A stretch of DNA of 64,000 nucleotides, from the IMG/VR virus record IMGVR_UViG_3300035701_000001. The stretch is one strand, 5' to 3'. Below, piece by piece: positions 36,209 through 45,895 of the stretch. The DNA comes from a virus. The notes beneath the pieces were generated by a model that worked only from the letters and a program-made list of their open reading frames with translations, did no database searches and was not told the origin of the DNA. The position numbers and the translations under genes were made by a program. Positions within the stretch are counted from its first letter, which is position 1. Every line of letters starts with the position of its first letter.

Positions 36209-36928
36209 TCAGGCCTGTGCGGGCGGTTCGGTCGGGACGGGGATCTGGGCGGGGACCTCTGCCGTGACTATTTCCTTCGCCCATTCCAGGAACTCGGCCA
36301 CCGGACAGGTTCCGGTGGTTCCGTTCGGGATGCGCTTGTTTGCGCTCTTCGTGATCTTGTACTCGACGGTGCCGTTGTCGAGCTTCATGATTTCGCGAAG
36401 CGCTCCCTTCTGGTTCGAGTAGGTCTTGCCCTGGGCAAGCTGCAGCGTCGGCTTCTCGGGGATCGCGGGAGGGGTGGCAGGCAGTTCGAGCCCGTCCATC
36501 TCCTCCAGTTCCTTCTCGACTTCCTTTTCGGGTGTCTCCTCGGCAGGGCCTGCGAGGCGGAAGGAGAATTGGACCTTGTGCTCGACGATATCGTATCCGG
36601 CCTCTTCGACCAGGTATTCCATCGCGTAGGTCATCGTTTCGATCTGGGTCTTGGCGCGGGCATCTGCCTTCAGACGCGCATGGGCTTGCTTGGCCAGATC
36701 CTGGATGTTGATCTCGACGTCGACCTCGATCTTGCGTTCGGCTGCCGCGATCTCGATGGCACGGCGGGATGCGGTCTGCAGGGCCATGTCGAGCCACTTG
36801 GACAGGTTTTCTCTGCGCTTTCCGGTTCCTTCGTCGAGCCATGTCAGGATGTCCGAATCCATCTTGTCGACGATTCCGAAGTAGTGCTCCATGCAGCGGC
36901 GGTACAGTGTCGCGGGGTCGATGATCAT
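36209..36928 (-). CDS. Hypothetical protein, probably highly expressed
   Basis: 239 aa; very strong GC3 bias. Confidence 0.85.
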   Translation of the reverse strand: MIIDPATLYRRCMEHYFGIVDKMDSDILTWLDEGTGKRRENLSKWLDMALQTASRRAIEIAAAERKIEVDVEINIQDLAKQAHARLKADARAKTQIETMTYAMEYLVEEAGYDIVEHKVQFSFRLAGPAEETPEKEVEKELEEMDGLELPATPPAIPEKPTLQLAQGKTYSNQKGALREIMKLDNGTVEYKITKSANKRIPNGTTGTCPVAEFLEWAKEIVTAEVPAQIPVPTEPPAQA

Positions 36929-36985
36929 GAGAATCCCTCCGCCCCCTCTCTACCCACCGGACTCTAAAAGGTCAACCCCGTTGGC

Positions 36986-37435
36986 CTATCCTTTCAGCGT
37001 TCTCTGTCTCCACCAGGATCGGTCCAGGCGAATGCCAAGGAGTTTCGTCGCAATTTCGTCGCAGGTTGTTTCTTCCGGGTCGAGTTCGTGGAAGGAGTCA
37101 CCTGCGGGATCGAGTGGAGGTCTCTGGTCCAGGAGGTGTTTTCGGATCGAGGATTCCTGAAGGATGCGTTGGTGGCAGAGTTCATGAGCCATGAGCCAGG
37201 CAATACTTTTCTTCGTCTCGGTCGAATCGACAAAGAGATGAGATCGCCCGTCGTGGGAGAAGGCACGGAAGGAATAGGGTAGGGTGGGTCGTTCGATGAC
37301 GTGGGGAATGAGAGGACGTGGCCACAGGTGGACTTCCACCTCGGGCAGATCGAAGGCAGACTGCAGAATCTTTCGATCTTCTTTTTCAGGGACCCAGGGT
37401 CTGCAGCCAGGATGTACGAGGAGTCGAAAGCTCAT
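36986..37435 (-). CDS. ImmA/IrrE-like zinc metalloprotease
   Basis: LFVD..SIAWLMAHELCH (HExxH) and downstream EETTCDEIATKLL. Confidence 0.7.
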   Translation of the reverse strand: MSFRLLVHPGCRPWVPEKEDRKILQSAFDLPEVEVHLWPRPLIPHVIERPTLPYSFRAFSHDGRSHLFVDSTETKKSIAWLMAHELCHQRILQESSIRKHLLDQRPPLDPAGDSFHELDPEETTCDEIATKLLGIRLDRSWWRQRTLKG

Positions 37436-37710
37436 GGCCAGGCGTCCAACCCGCAGAAAATGGAGTCGGCATCTGATTCATCCGGAGCAAGGGTCTCGGC
37501 CAGAAGGGAGACCTCTTCCTCGGTCAGCGCGTCGAAGATCCCGAATCCGTGTTCCTGGTAGAGGGTATGGTCTGCCCACCGGAAGAACTCCTGGGCCCTT
37601 GCAAGGGGGTGGAGTTCCTTGAACTGGAGGTAGACCGACCAGAGCGAGGTCGGGGTCGTCGAGAGGAGTCGTCCGTATTCCTGCTTGTCCTGGTCCGTCA
37701 GAAAGGGCAT
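37432..37710 (-). CDS. Small hypothetical protein
   Basis: 92 aa; ATGA overlap with the metalloprotease gene. Confidence 0.75.
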   Translation of the reverse strand: MPFLTDQDKQEYGRLLSTTPTSLWSVYLQFKELHPLARAQEFFRWADHTLYQEHGFGIFDALTEEEVSLLAETLAPDESDADSIFCGLDAWP

Positions 37711-37720
37711 GTCGGGTTTC

Positions 37721-38965
37721 TCACTTGAGCCGGAAGGTCACCGGGACGTTGGGACGGGCCCAGCAAGTTCGGCAATTGGCTTCGTTGCAGCTTTCCGGGT
37801 ATCCGCCGTGTGGAATCACCGGACAGAGATAGGTCGGTTTTCCGTTGGAATCCGAGGTGGGAAGGTATTCCCCTTTGATCATCCGTGTGATGGTGGTCCC
37901 TGCAGAGAGCCCTGGGATCATCGGTGCCGGTTCGAACAGGTACGCCGCTGAGGGTCGGAAGAGGATGTTCTTTGCTGTTTTTTTTACTTCTTTCAGTTTT
38001 TTGAGAAAGGTTTCCCGAATCCAGAGCCGGGTCGGAGCCCAGAACAACACGTGGGGAAATTCGTGGGCGACCTGGGCCCATGCATCCAGGTAAGCAACGC
38101 TTTGGGCTGTGGTTCCGACGGAAAAATCCCCAGAATCGTGCAGCCGGAAGAACCCGGTGATTTCTCCTTCCATCGGAGGGGGTCTCATCCTTGCGAACAC
38201 GTCGGTCGAGGTCGAGTACTTCGTCCAGGGGGCAAGTTCCACTTCTCGCAGGGGAGTCCAGAGATCGGGACGATTTCTGCGAGGAAACCGATCCAGTGCC
38301 TGGATGCGACCCCTCTTCCAGACACCGAGTTCACTCTTGTCTCGTTCGGACTCGAAGGCTCCCCCATGGATGGGGATTTTCTCCGCGAAGCTCCGGATGG
38401 CCGAGATGAGGTCTTTCGCGATGGAATTTCCGGATGGATCCCGTTCCAGGCTTGTCAGGATCCATTCTCTTCGGGCCATGAGGCTGAAGATGGACTCATC
38501 ATGGATGTAGTTTCCGTTGGACGCGTAGCAGTGGTTGCAGACGAAGTTTCGATCCCCGAGTCCATCGTTCGAGACCACACAGGAACCCCCTTGATCATGA
38601 GGGCCGGAAGGCAGGGAGAACGAGGGGCAGGGCATCTTGTTGGCGTCTGAGAAGATTCCGGTTGCTCTCCTTCCGTTTCCCGAGGAAGGCCAGGGAGATC
38701 CGTCCTTGTGGGTTCCATGGCAGGAATGGCCGCAGAAGTCGAGGTAGGGATCGTGGTAGCTCGTTGTTCCGTCAGGGTCCGTCTTTGTGATTCCGCCGTA
38801 TCGAATGCCGGTGGCACGGAAGAGTCCGGGTTCATCCGGAGTCGAATGCAGGGCGAAGAGCGGGTGTTTCTCTTGATGGGCCGTCTGGACGGATTCGTTG
38901 ATGCTGAATCGAGCCTTCAGGCGTTGATCTGCAACGTATTGCACGACGGGCTGGGTTCGGGCCAA
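37721..38965 (-). CDS. GP88-like phage protein
   Basis: KMPCPSFSLP..GSC..VCNHCYA..GNY, FFRLHDSGDF and LFWAPTR match the phage GP88 family pattern; TTG start. Confidence 0.7.
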   Translation of the reverse strand: MARTQPVVQYVADQRLKARFSINESVQTAHQEKHPLFALHSTPDEPGLFRATGIRYGGITKTDPDGTTSYHDPYLDFCGHSCHGTHKDGSPWPSSGNGRRATGIFSDANKMPCPSFSLPSGPHDQGGSCVVSNDGLGDRNFVCNHCYASNGNYIHDESIFSLMARREWILTSLERDPSGNSIAKDLISAIRSFAEKIPIHGGAFESERDKSELGVWKRGRIQALDRFPRRNRPDLWTPLREVELAPWTKYSTSTDVFARMRPPPMEGEITGFFRLHDSGDFSVGTTAQSVAYLDAWAQVAHEFPHVLFWAPTRLWIRETFLKKLKEVKKTAKNILFRPSAAYLFEPAPMIPGLSAGTTITRMIKGEYLPTSDSNGKPTYLCPVIPHGGYPESCNEANCRTCWARPNVPVTFRLK

Positions 38966-39000
38966 GAGCGTCCTCTCTTCTGTCAGGATAACCTACCTGT

Positions 39001-39600
39001 ATGGATACGTCCTTTCCAGGCTCTTCGCGCGTCCAGGGTCTTTCGGAACTCTGTACGGAACTCGTCCGGGTGGGTCGGGAGGATCTGTTGTCCGAGATGG
39101 GAGAACGGAGTCCGGATGTCGAGCGGATGCTGCGCCAGATCCTGGAACTCTTCCCCCTCTCCCTCGTGGACGTGGTCTCGGATCTGCTCGAAGAAGTTGC
39201 CCGGAAGTTCAAGGACAGGGATCTGCTCTGGAGGATTCGGGTCGAGCGGTATGACCCGAGAACTCCGCAAGAAGCCTCGGACATTCTCGTCGGGTTTTCC
39301 GAGGAGATCTGGACAAGACCGCTCTTGGACTCGACCGTGGACGAGAGCCTGAAGGTACTGGAATCCCAGGGGGTACTCGGGGAGAGGAACCTCCGGCGTT
39401 TGCTCCGTTTCTTCGAGGTCCTCCAGCGGACAGGAACCCGGCAACTCGTCTTCGATGGGATGTTCTTCGGGGTACGGGACGAGTGGTTCGGCACCGATGA
39501 GATCCGGCAGATCGCCGAGTCATACCTGGACCATGACCCTGAGTGGGGAAAAAAGGCCGTTCAGGAAGTACTTTCTCCCAAGACCAAGAAACCGGGATGA
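39001..39600 (+). CDS. Hypothetical protein
   Basis: 199-aa helical ORF; ATGA overlap with the next gene. Confidence 0.7.
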   Translation: MDTSFPGSSRVQGLSELCTELVRVGREDLLSEMGERSPDVERMLRQILELFPLSLVDVVSDLLEEVARKFKDRDLLWRIRVERYDPRTPQEASDILVGFSEEIWTRPLLDSTVDESLKVLESQGVLGERNLRRLLRFFEVLQRTGTRQLVFDGMFFGVRDEWFGTDEIRQIAESYLDHDPEWGKKAVQEVLSPKTKKPG

Positions 39601-40748
39601 TCGGGTCTGTTGCCTTGGCAGTGGTTGGGCTTGCTCTCGGTTCGGATGCAGAAGGAGCCGGGACGACCCCTGAACCATACGTGACTGTTTATTCCTGGGC
39701 GGACGGGACTCAGATCGTTCGAATCACGGCAGTGGACGATGCATTCTACGAAGAAAAGCTTCAGGTATTTACGGGAATGTCTGTCGAATTGATCCGGATG
39801 GTCCTTGGATTTCCGTATGAAACGGTCTTTTTGTACTTTGATTCTGATTCGAATCCACGATTCCTTCTTTTTGGAAGTGTGAGATACGGGGTTAATTCTA
39901 CGGAATTAGGTGTGAGAGATATTTTTGATGTGATTCGTTTTTTCTCGGTCGATCAGCAGATGCCATCTGGGCTGGAACGGGCTCGTATCTATGAGTTTCT
40001 TGGCTGGATTGACCAGGGAATCGAAAAAGTCTCCCTGGATGTTCTTGCACTGTATCTGCTTGGAGTTGCAGCGGTTTCTCTTCATTTTCCCAAGAGAGAC
40101 GAGGAAATACGGAAGCAATCCCGGTTGAAGAGGCGGGTGGTTGCCCTGCTGGCACAGGAACAATCCTCTTTTTCAAATGAGACGGACGTTCGGATGGCTT
40201 TGCGGGATCTATTGGAGACGGCAGGGATTCTCACCGCGAAAACTATGTCAGACAAGTATGTTTCCAGGGTTTGCGAGAGGGGATTTTATCGCTTCGATTG
40301 CCATGACAACTTCCTGATCGGATCCGAGGAAGGGGTTGCCGTTGTTGAGTATGACAAGCGGATGTACATGGGGGACGGGGCGGGTTATGTCTCCGATCAT
40401 TTCCGAATCACGACGGCCTGGGAGAACGACGGTCTTCTCTGGAAGGTCACCCATCATCAGAACGAGGGTCCTGGAGTTCTTCTTTCAACTTCTACAAAAG
40501 GTCCCTACGATGCGTTGTTTCAAACAGATCGATTCTTTTGTGCTGGTGTTCCTTCCAACCTTTCCTATCCGGAATTGGTGAAGGCACGGAGATCCGCCAA
40601 GATGGATGTACTCTCCTCCCTGGCTTCTTCGGATGGCGTTCCATTGAAAGGATGCATGATTCCGCAGATGATCCAGAATCCGAATCCTGCGTTGGCTTTG
40701 CTTCCCAAGTTCTTGCAACAGTATGGGACTAGAGCGGCCGGAACTTGA
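39597..40748 (+). CDS. Hypothetical exported protein (lower GC)
   Basis: MIGSVALAVVGLALGSDAEG signal-like N-terminus; more A/T-ending codons than its neighbours. Confidence 0.75.
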   Translation: MIGSVALAVVGLALGSDAEGAGTTPEPYVTVYSWADGTQIVRITAVDDAFYEEKLQVFTGMSVELIRMVLGFPYETVFLYFDSDSNPRFLLFGSVRYGVNSTELGVRDIFDVIRFFSVDQQMPSGLERARIYEFLGWIDQGIEKVSLDVLALYLLGVAAVSLHFPKRDEEIRKQSRLKRRVVALLAQEQSSFSNETDVRMALRDLLETAGILTAKTMSDKYVSRVCERGFYRFDCHDNFLIGSEEGVAVVEYDKRMYMGDGAGYVSDHFRITTAWENDGLLWKVTHHQNEGPGVLLSTSTKGPYDALFQTDRFFCAGVPSNLSYPELVKARRSAKMDVLSSLASSDGVPLKGCMIPQMIQNPNPALALLPKFLQQYGTRAAGT

Positions 40749-41547
40749 CCTGTCCGTCCCAGTACAGCCGGTACATCCCGTTGGTTTCCAGCGTGACTTT
40801 TGCACCGGTAAGCGGGCTTTCATTCCACAGGATTGTGTAGGTCCCGGCAGGCACGGCCCCCGGTTTGACTGTTCCATCTGGTCCAGAGAGCCCGATGCGC
40901 GGGTCATCGGTTTCCCAGGTGGCGAGGGAAGGTCCACACTCGAAGAAGGAACTCACCCAGTCGAAGAATCCCGGCTCTTCTTCCTCGATGACGGGTTTGG
41001 GGGTCGGTTTTTCGACCGATGGACGTGTGGGTCCCGAGGTCGAGAACAGGGAAGCAGGCAGGACGTCCCGAGGATCTACGAAGGGTTGGCTCGGATTCAC
41101 GTACAGGCATGTGGCCAGGTGGAGGTGGGGACCGGTCGTGTGTCCGGTCATTCCAACGATCCCGATCTGCTCTCCTCGTGCAATGGGAGTTCCACTGTAG
41201 GATTTCGTCTTGTAGCCCTTCATGAGTTTCGAGGAGAACGCATTCATGTGGCAGTAGATGTAGTGCAGACCGGATGTATTTCCCTGGATGGTCACGGATC
41301 GTCCGGCCAATGGAGAATCCCAGGTTATCCAGCGGACGGTACCTTCCTCCACGTTGAAGATGGGGTCTCCGACGGAAGCCGCCAGATCGATGGCTCCATG
41401 CATCTTGCCGGTGGTACGGTAGAACTCGCTCACGACGCGGAGGGGTGGGTTGGACAGGGGGGAGGCTACCTTGTCGGGCAGTTTGAGGTCCACGGGGAAC
41501 GTGGTCTTGTCCCAGTGATACGCTTCAACGGTCTTTGATAGGGACAT
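40729..41547 (-). CDS. M23-family peptidoglycan endopeptidase
   Basis: HGAIDLAA (HxxxD), IYCHM, GMTGHTTGPHLHL (HxH). Confidence 0.9.
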   Translation of the reverse strand: MSLSKTVEAYHWDKTTFPVDLKLPDKVASPLSNPPLRVVSEFYRTTGKMHGAIDLAASVGDPIFNVEEGTVRWITWDSPLAGRSVTIQGNTSGLHYIYCHMNAFSSKLMKGYKTKSYSGTPIARGEQIGIVGMTGHTTGPHLHLATCLYVNPSQPFVDPRDVLPASLFSTSGPTRPSVEKPTPKPVIEEEEPGFFDWVSSFFECGPSLATWETDDPRIGLSGPDGTVKPGAVPAGTYTILWNESPLTGAKVTLETNGMYRLYWDGQVKFRPL

Positions 41548-41560
41548 GGGTTCTCTTTTG

Positions 41561-42409
41561 CTAGAGGGGTTTGAACTTGACCGTGGATCCTTCCCGTACG
41601 GCCCGGTAGCTCTTGCCCCCTTCGAACTGGACCGTTGCACCAGGGACCGTCTTGCCATCCCAGACGAGGGAGTAGGTGCCCGAAGGGACGGTACCAGGTG
41701 AAATTTTTCCGTTCGGACCTGCAAGTCCGATGCGGCGATCCTCGGAAGTCCAGGTCGAGGTCTGGGGTTCGGAGGTGAAGAAGGAAGCTACCCAGTCGAA
41801 AAACCCGTTTTCTTCTTCTGCATCGGGCGCGGGAAGCGGAGTTCCGGCACGGGGAGCCAAGGGGGTCGTCACGAAGTCGGGGAACAGCCGGACCGCAAGC
41901 TTGCGCCTGCGGGTATCTTTTTCGGCGTTGTATTGGGGGCGTTCGACGTAGCACAGGAAACCGGCGGTGAGGTGTCCGACTTCACGGACACCTCGATCGT
42001 GGGCATCCAGTGGATGCTCGATGGCATAGGCAGGGACGCAGCCTGGCTTTTTCTTGCGGGTCGAGAAGAGTTCCTTCAGGATGATCTGCGTGTTGGTGAC
42101 GGGATCCTTGCGTTCCTCGACGGTCATCCCGGCTCCGGCTGCGCCAGGGGCTCCGTGAAGCTGGAAGAGTCCAACTGAGTCGTACCCGGATTTTTCCCGG
42201 TAGATTGCGCCGGGTTCGAGGTTCGATTCCCCCATGGCGTTGGCCACCATGGCCATTGCGACAGCAGGGGGGACCTTGTAGTTCTGGGCCTCCTCTTCGA
42301 TGATCTCGACCATGTCTCGTTGCGAGGTATTCAACACCCCTCGGGGAATGTACCGGGAGATGGGGTAGGCAGCCTCGGGAATCGCGCTGTATCGTTCGGA
42401 GGGGTTCAT
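41561..42409 (-). CDS. Lysozyme/lytic-transglycosylase-like muralytic enzyme
   Basis: AMVANAMGESNLEPGA..SVGLFQL (catalytic ES and GLFQ motifs). Confidence 0.75.
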   Translation of the reverse strand: MNPSERYSAIPEAAYPISRYIPRGVLNTSQRDMVEIIEEEAQNYKVPPAVAMAMVANAMGESNLEPGAIYREKSGYDSVGLFQLHGAPGAAGAGMTVEERKDPVTNTQIILKELFSTRKKKPGCVPAYAIEHPLDAHDRGVREVGHLTAGFLCYVERPQYNAEKDTRRRKLAVRLFPDFVTTPLAPRAGTPLPAPDAEEENGFFDWVASFFTSEPQTSTWTSEDRRIGLAGPNGKISPGTVPSGTYSLVWDGKTVPGATVQFEGGKSYRAVREGSTVKFKPL

Positions 42410-43068
42410 TGGACTTCTCCGGAAATCACCTTCTGGAGGAGTTCGAACTCGGGTTTCCAGATGTCTTCCCTGGCAGAGAGGGCGAACCGCTTGTCCTGGA
42501 GGATCTTTACGAGCTTTTTCACATTCGGTAGAAGCTCTTCGAAATGGCTTTTCTTCTTGGTGAGTTCTTCGAAGGCTTGCAGAGCGAACCCCTCGTATCT
42601 CTCCATCTCTCGTACGAGCCGTGCAGAGGTATTCTTTTGTTCATACCCTTCTTCGTCTACCGCGTAGAGGGATCCGTTCTTCACGTGGAGAAGAACATTC
42701 CGGTACGCGTAAAGCCAGGGGGGGCGGAGAATCAGGGAACCTGTTTCGAGTGCGAACTGGAGTCGGTCGGGTCGGAAGTCGATTTCCACGTCGTCCTTGC
42801 CGATGCGGTTCGGGAAAATACCTTCGAGGATCGCCTGGGCGACCTTGCGGTTCTGGACGAAGGCCAGCATGAGTTCGATGGCCCAGTCCGGATCTCCTGA
42901 GTACTGGTTCATCGCCATGCGGAACACGCCTGCCGAGTTGCACCACTGGGTGCTGATGAAGTGCAGGGTACAGGGTTCTTGGAAAGAAGGCATGGGGTGA
43001 GCCGGATGTTGGGACTCTCCATCACTTGCTGTTGCAAGGGTCAGGGTGGTGAGGGCCAACAGGGTCAT
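42406..43068 (-). CDS. Hypothetical exported protein
   Basis: MTLLALTTLTLATASDG signal-like N-terminus; coupled to the lysozyme gene. Confidence 0.75.
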   Translation of the reverse strand: MTLLALTTLTLATASDGESQHPAHPMPSFQEPCTLHFISTQWCNSAGVFRMAMNQYSGDPDWAIELMLAFVQNRKVAQAILEGIFPNRIGKDDVEIDFRPDRLQFALETGSLILRPPWLYAYRNVLLHVKNGSLYAVDEEGYEQKNTSARLVREMERYEGFALQAFEELTKKKSHFEELLPNVKKLVKILQDKRFALSAREDIWKPEFELLQKVISGEVQ

Positions 43069-43194
43069 CCGGGCTCCTGGATGGGGATCTCCTATCCTGG
43101 TCCAGGACCATCTGCCGGGTTCAAAGCCCTGGAAGATTTGACCGGGTCCAAAGATCCGGATTCTTTGGCGGTATGGATCGGGTTAGGGAGTTCC

Positions 43195-43884
43195 ATGATC
43201 TTCGAGATTGCCCTTGCCACGCTTCTCGCTTCGCTCGGTGCGGACATTTTCGTGTTCGAGGACAATCCGGCCCTTCCGATAGCTTTGCTCATTGGAGAAT
43301 GGGAGTCCTATTTCCGAACGCGGTTTCCGGATCCGAAGAAGTGGCATGCGCTGTTGTTACAGATGGCTCGATGGGTAACCGAGTCCGAAACCCTGGAAGA
43401 CCTGAAACATCGGCTGGAGAAATTTCACGAGGTCCAGGTCCCCATCAACCATGTGCGGCAGGAGTTCATCTTGAAGCGGAAGCTCAAGGAGAACAGTCTT
43501 CCACATCCTCATGAGGAGGCGTACCTCTACCCGGCTTCCGAGCAGATCCTTTTCAAGATATTGTCTTCCTCATTGGAGGAACGGAAAAATCATGCTCCCA
43601 TCACGCGTTACGCCCTGGATATTCCGGTATTTGATTCGGCGGTACGGAATGGATCTCGCCCTGCCGTCATTGTGACAGACCATCGCCGAAACACGTATAG
43701 TCTGGATTGGGGTTCCTCTGTCGATTTATATTCCTGGATGCAGTTTCGTTCCTACGATACGACCATCATCTGGTCCTGGGACAAGGACCGGATTCTCATC
43801 GAGGACGAAGAAGTTCATTATCCGGAGATTCGATTCTTGATTTTGAAGCGTCTGCCTGTGGATCCCAGCGTGTTCAAGTCGTGA
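43195..43884 (+). CDS. Hypothetical exported protein
   Basis: AGGGAG RBS; MIFEIALATLLASLGAD. Confidence 0.7.
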   Translation: MIFEIALATLLASLGADIFVFEDNPALPIALLIGEWESYFRTRFPDPKKWHALLLQMARWVTESETLEDLKHRLEKFHEVQVPINHVRQEFILKRKLKENSLPHPHEEAYLYPASEQILFKILSSSLEERKNHAPITRYALDIPVFDSAVRNGSRPAVIVTDHRRNTYSLDWGSSVDLYSWMQFRSYDTTIIWSWDKDRILIEDEEVHYPEIRFLILKRLPVDPSVFKS

Positions 43885-43896
43885 GCTTCTGTGCAA

Positions 43897-44577
43897 TCAG
43901 GCGGTCTTTTTCTGTTCAGAAGCTTCTTTTTTCCCATAGCCACGATCCATCTTCCATCGCTTCAAGCGCCACAGGAGGCGGTCCCAGGCGTTCGCACACA
44001 GAAGCTTATTGAAGACCGCACGGGTCCGCAGGACATCCACGAGGGCCCCATGGGCATTCTCGTTCGGTATCCCGAGCGTCTTGCACGTGGAGGCAAGGGA
44101 AGGAGACTTTTGGATACCGGGAACGAGAAGGTGTTCCCAGATGAGGGTTGCCGTATCCAGGCAATAGATCTTCGGAACCTCGACTCCGTGTTCCCGTAGG
44201 GTAGCCACCAGGAAGGAGTAGTCGAACGGGATGTTGTGGCCGCAGAGGCGTTTGCCGTCGATGATCTTCACGATCTCGGGGAGCCAATGGGACATGGGCT
44301 TCGCGTTTTCCCAGTCGTGCTCGTTGTACCCATTGATCTTCAGGGCTTCTGCTTCCGCGCAGCCGGGGCGGGAGGGCTTGATGCGCCGCCAGTAGATGTC
44401 GAGCCCCTTCAGGTAGGGATCGTAGAGGGCAGGGGCCATCGGCAGTTCGGGGTGGGCGTTGAAAGTCGGGGGAGCATCGGGGTGCGTAGGTCTTGCAAAA
44501 CAAAACTCGATGATCTCGTGCTTGCCCGTGGAGCAGTCGAGTCCGGTGGTTTCGCAGTCGAAGAAAATCTCATTCAT
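43897..44577 (-). CDS. DEDDh 3'-5' exonuclease (DnaQ/epsilon-like)
   Basis: FFDCETTG (ExoI), CGHNIPFDYSFL (ExoII), AHGALVDV (ExoIII). Confidence 0.9.
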   Translation of the reverse strand: MNEIFFDCETTGLDCSTGKHEIIEFCFARPTHPDAPPTFNAHPELPMAPALYDPYLKGLDIYWRRIKPSRPGCAEAEALKINGYNEHDWENAKPMSHWLPEIVKIIDGKRLCGHNIPFDYSFLVATLREHGVEVPKIYCLDTATLIWEHLLVPGIQKSPSLASTCKTLGIPNENAHGALVDVLRTRAVFNKLLCANAWDRLLWRLKRWKMDRGYGKKEASEQKKTA

Positions 44578-44987
44578 GGCAGGGATTCCTTTTTTTCGTC
44601 CTGGAGCGAGGTGGCACGGTGCCATTGGTCGACCTGGTGGCGTTGTTCCAGGATCCAGACGCAGCAGAGGACTTCCAGGCTTTCGATGGGGAACAGTCGT
44701 CCTTCCAGTTCTTCATCCCGGTAGGCCTTTCCATATCCTTCATCGGGTTTCAGGTAGAGAGAGCCGTGACTCTGTCGTTTCACGGTTCCGAGCCGGGGAG
44801 GTTCCGGGGGAAGGTAGACGAGAACCCGTTGGGGATCTCGAATCCGCAGGCACAGGAGTGCCGGGACATATTGGACGGCTAGCGTTTGCAAGAGCCGTTC
44901 GATGCTGACCTCCTTGGCTTTGTCGATCACGATGGATGTGACGCGGATTCCTTCCCGACGAACGCTCCAGGTCTCGGGTGGCATCAA
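44574..44987 (-). CDS. Hypothetical protein
   Basis: 137 aa; ATGA overlap with the exonuclease gene. Confidence 0.6.
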   Translation of the reverse strand: MMPPETWSVRREGIRVTSIVIDKAKEVSIERLLQTLAVQYVPALLCLRIRDPQRVLVYLPPEPPRLGTVKRQSHGSLYLKPDEGYGKAYRDEELEGRLFPIESLEVLCCVWILEQRHQVDQWHRATSLQDEKKESLP

Positions 44988-45109
44988 GCTATTCCCCGGC
45001 GATCAGAATGTCAATTGTTTTGGCCAATTCGTTTGACGAAACCGTGGGATTCGGCGAATGCGAATTTCACGGTTAGGTTCCTCCTACGGTCCACTGGGGG
45101 AACGGTAAC

Positions 45110-45310
45110 ATGGCCAAGGATCGAACGACGCTGACCACGGTATTTCTTCTTGCCGCGAGCGCGGGTCTTGTCTATGCGGCCTACGAGTCGGGCCGTGCGT
45201 CCCAGGCGATCTCGGATGCCAAGGCCATCGTGCGTCGGAACTCGGGCCGACCGTTGGACGAGGAACCGCCTCTGGACGAGGAACCCGAGTCTCCTGTTGT
45301 CCATGGATAG
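45110..45310 (+). CDS. Small membrane protein
   Basis: TTVFLLAASAGLVYAAY TM segment; acidic tail. Confidence 0.7.
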   Translation: MAKDRTTLTTVFLLAASAGLVYAAYESGRASQAISDAKAIVRRNSGRPLDEEPPLDEEPESPVVHG

Positions 45311-45316
45311 GTTTTG

Positions 45317-45335
45317 TTGACACATCGGGTGTCGT
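45317..45335 (+). promoter_or_regulatory. Operator-like inverted repeat 2 (TTGACAC-N5-GTGTCGT)
   Basis: Upstream of the Zn-ribbon/SCP2/RuvC operon; -10 weak. Confidence 0.6.
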
Positions 45336-45371
45336 CTGCTACTCCTCGGAGGACAGCCGAGGAGGAAGTTC

Positions 45372-45572
45372 GTGCCGACCCGAGTGGAAACCGTGGTGTG
45401 TGCGTGTGGACAGAGCTATCGGAGTAAGCTGAGGAGAGGCAAGACCACTGCTTGTTGTCCTCAGTGCGGACGGTTCAACCAGATCGTCCGACGTCCCGAT
45501 GGAAGAGGGGTTGTCGAAACCCTGGAATGCAAGAAGTCGAGCCCAAAGCTCGAAGTGAATGAGAGGCGGTGA
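45372..45572 (+). CDS. Small zinc-ribbon protein
   Basis: GGAGG RBS, GTG start; CACG..CPQCG. Confidence 0.7.
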   Translation: MPTRVETVVCACGQSYRSKLRRGKTTACCPQCGRFNQIVRRPDGRGVVETLECKKSSPKLEVNERR

Positions 45573-45895
45573 TGATGGAGTCCTTTTCATCGGTTTTCCG
45601 CGAGATTCAAGGTCGTATCGCGGAGAAAGGACTCGGGTCCTTGAAGGGGATCTACCGTTTCGAAATCGGATCAGAGGTTTACCGTCTCGCACCCAAGGAA
45701 GGAGGGGGCCATACCCTGGGAAAGGATCCGGGGGGACCTGTGGACTGTACCATCTGCATGTCCCCCTCTGACTTCGTCTACCTGATCCGGAGTCCGAACC
45801 ACGTCGTGAACATGTTCTTGCAGGGCCAGATCCAGATTACGAACACTCCGAAGGCTTTGGAGTTGGGATGGGCTCTGCAGAAGCTTGCCCGGTAG
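45569..45895 (+). CDS. SCP2 sterol/lipid-binding domain protein
   Basis: KGIYRFEIG..VDCTICMSPSDFVYLI..MFLQGQIQIT..ALEL matches the SCP2 pattern. Confidence 0.75.
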   Translation: MMMESFSSVFREIQGRIAEKGLGSLKGIYRFEIGSEVYRLAPKEGGGHTLGKDPGGPVDCTICMSPSDFVYLIRSPNHVVNMFLQGQIQITNTPKALELGWALQKLAR

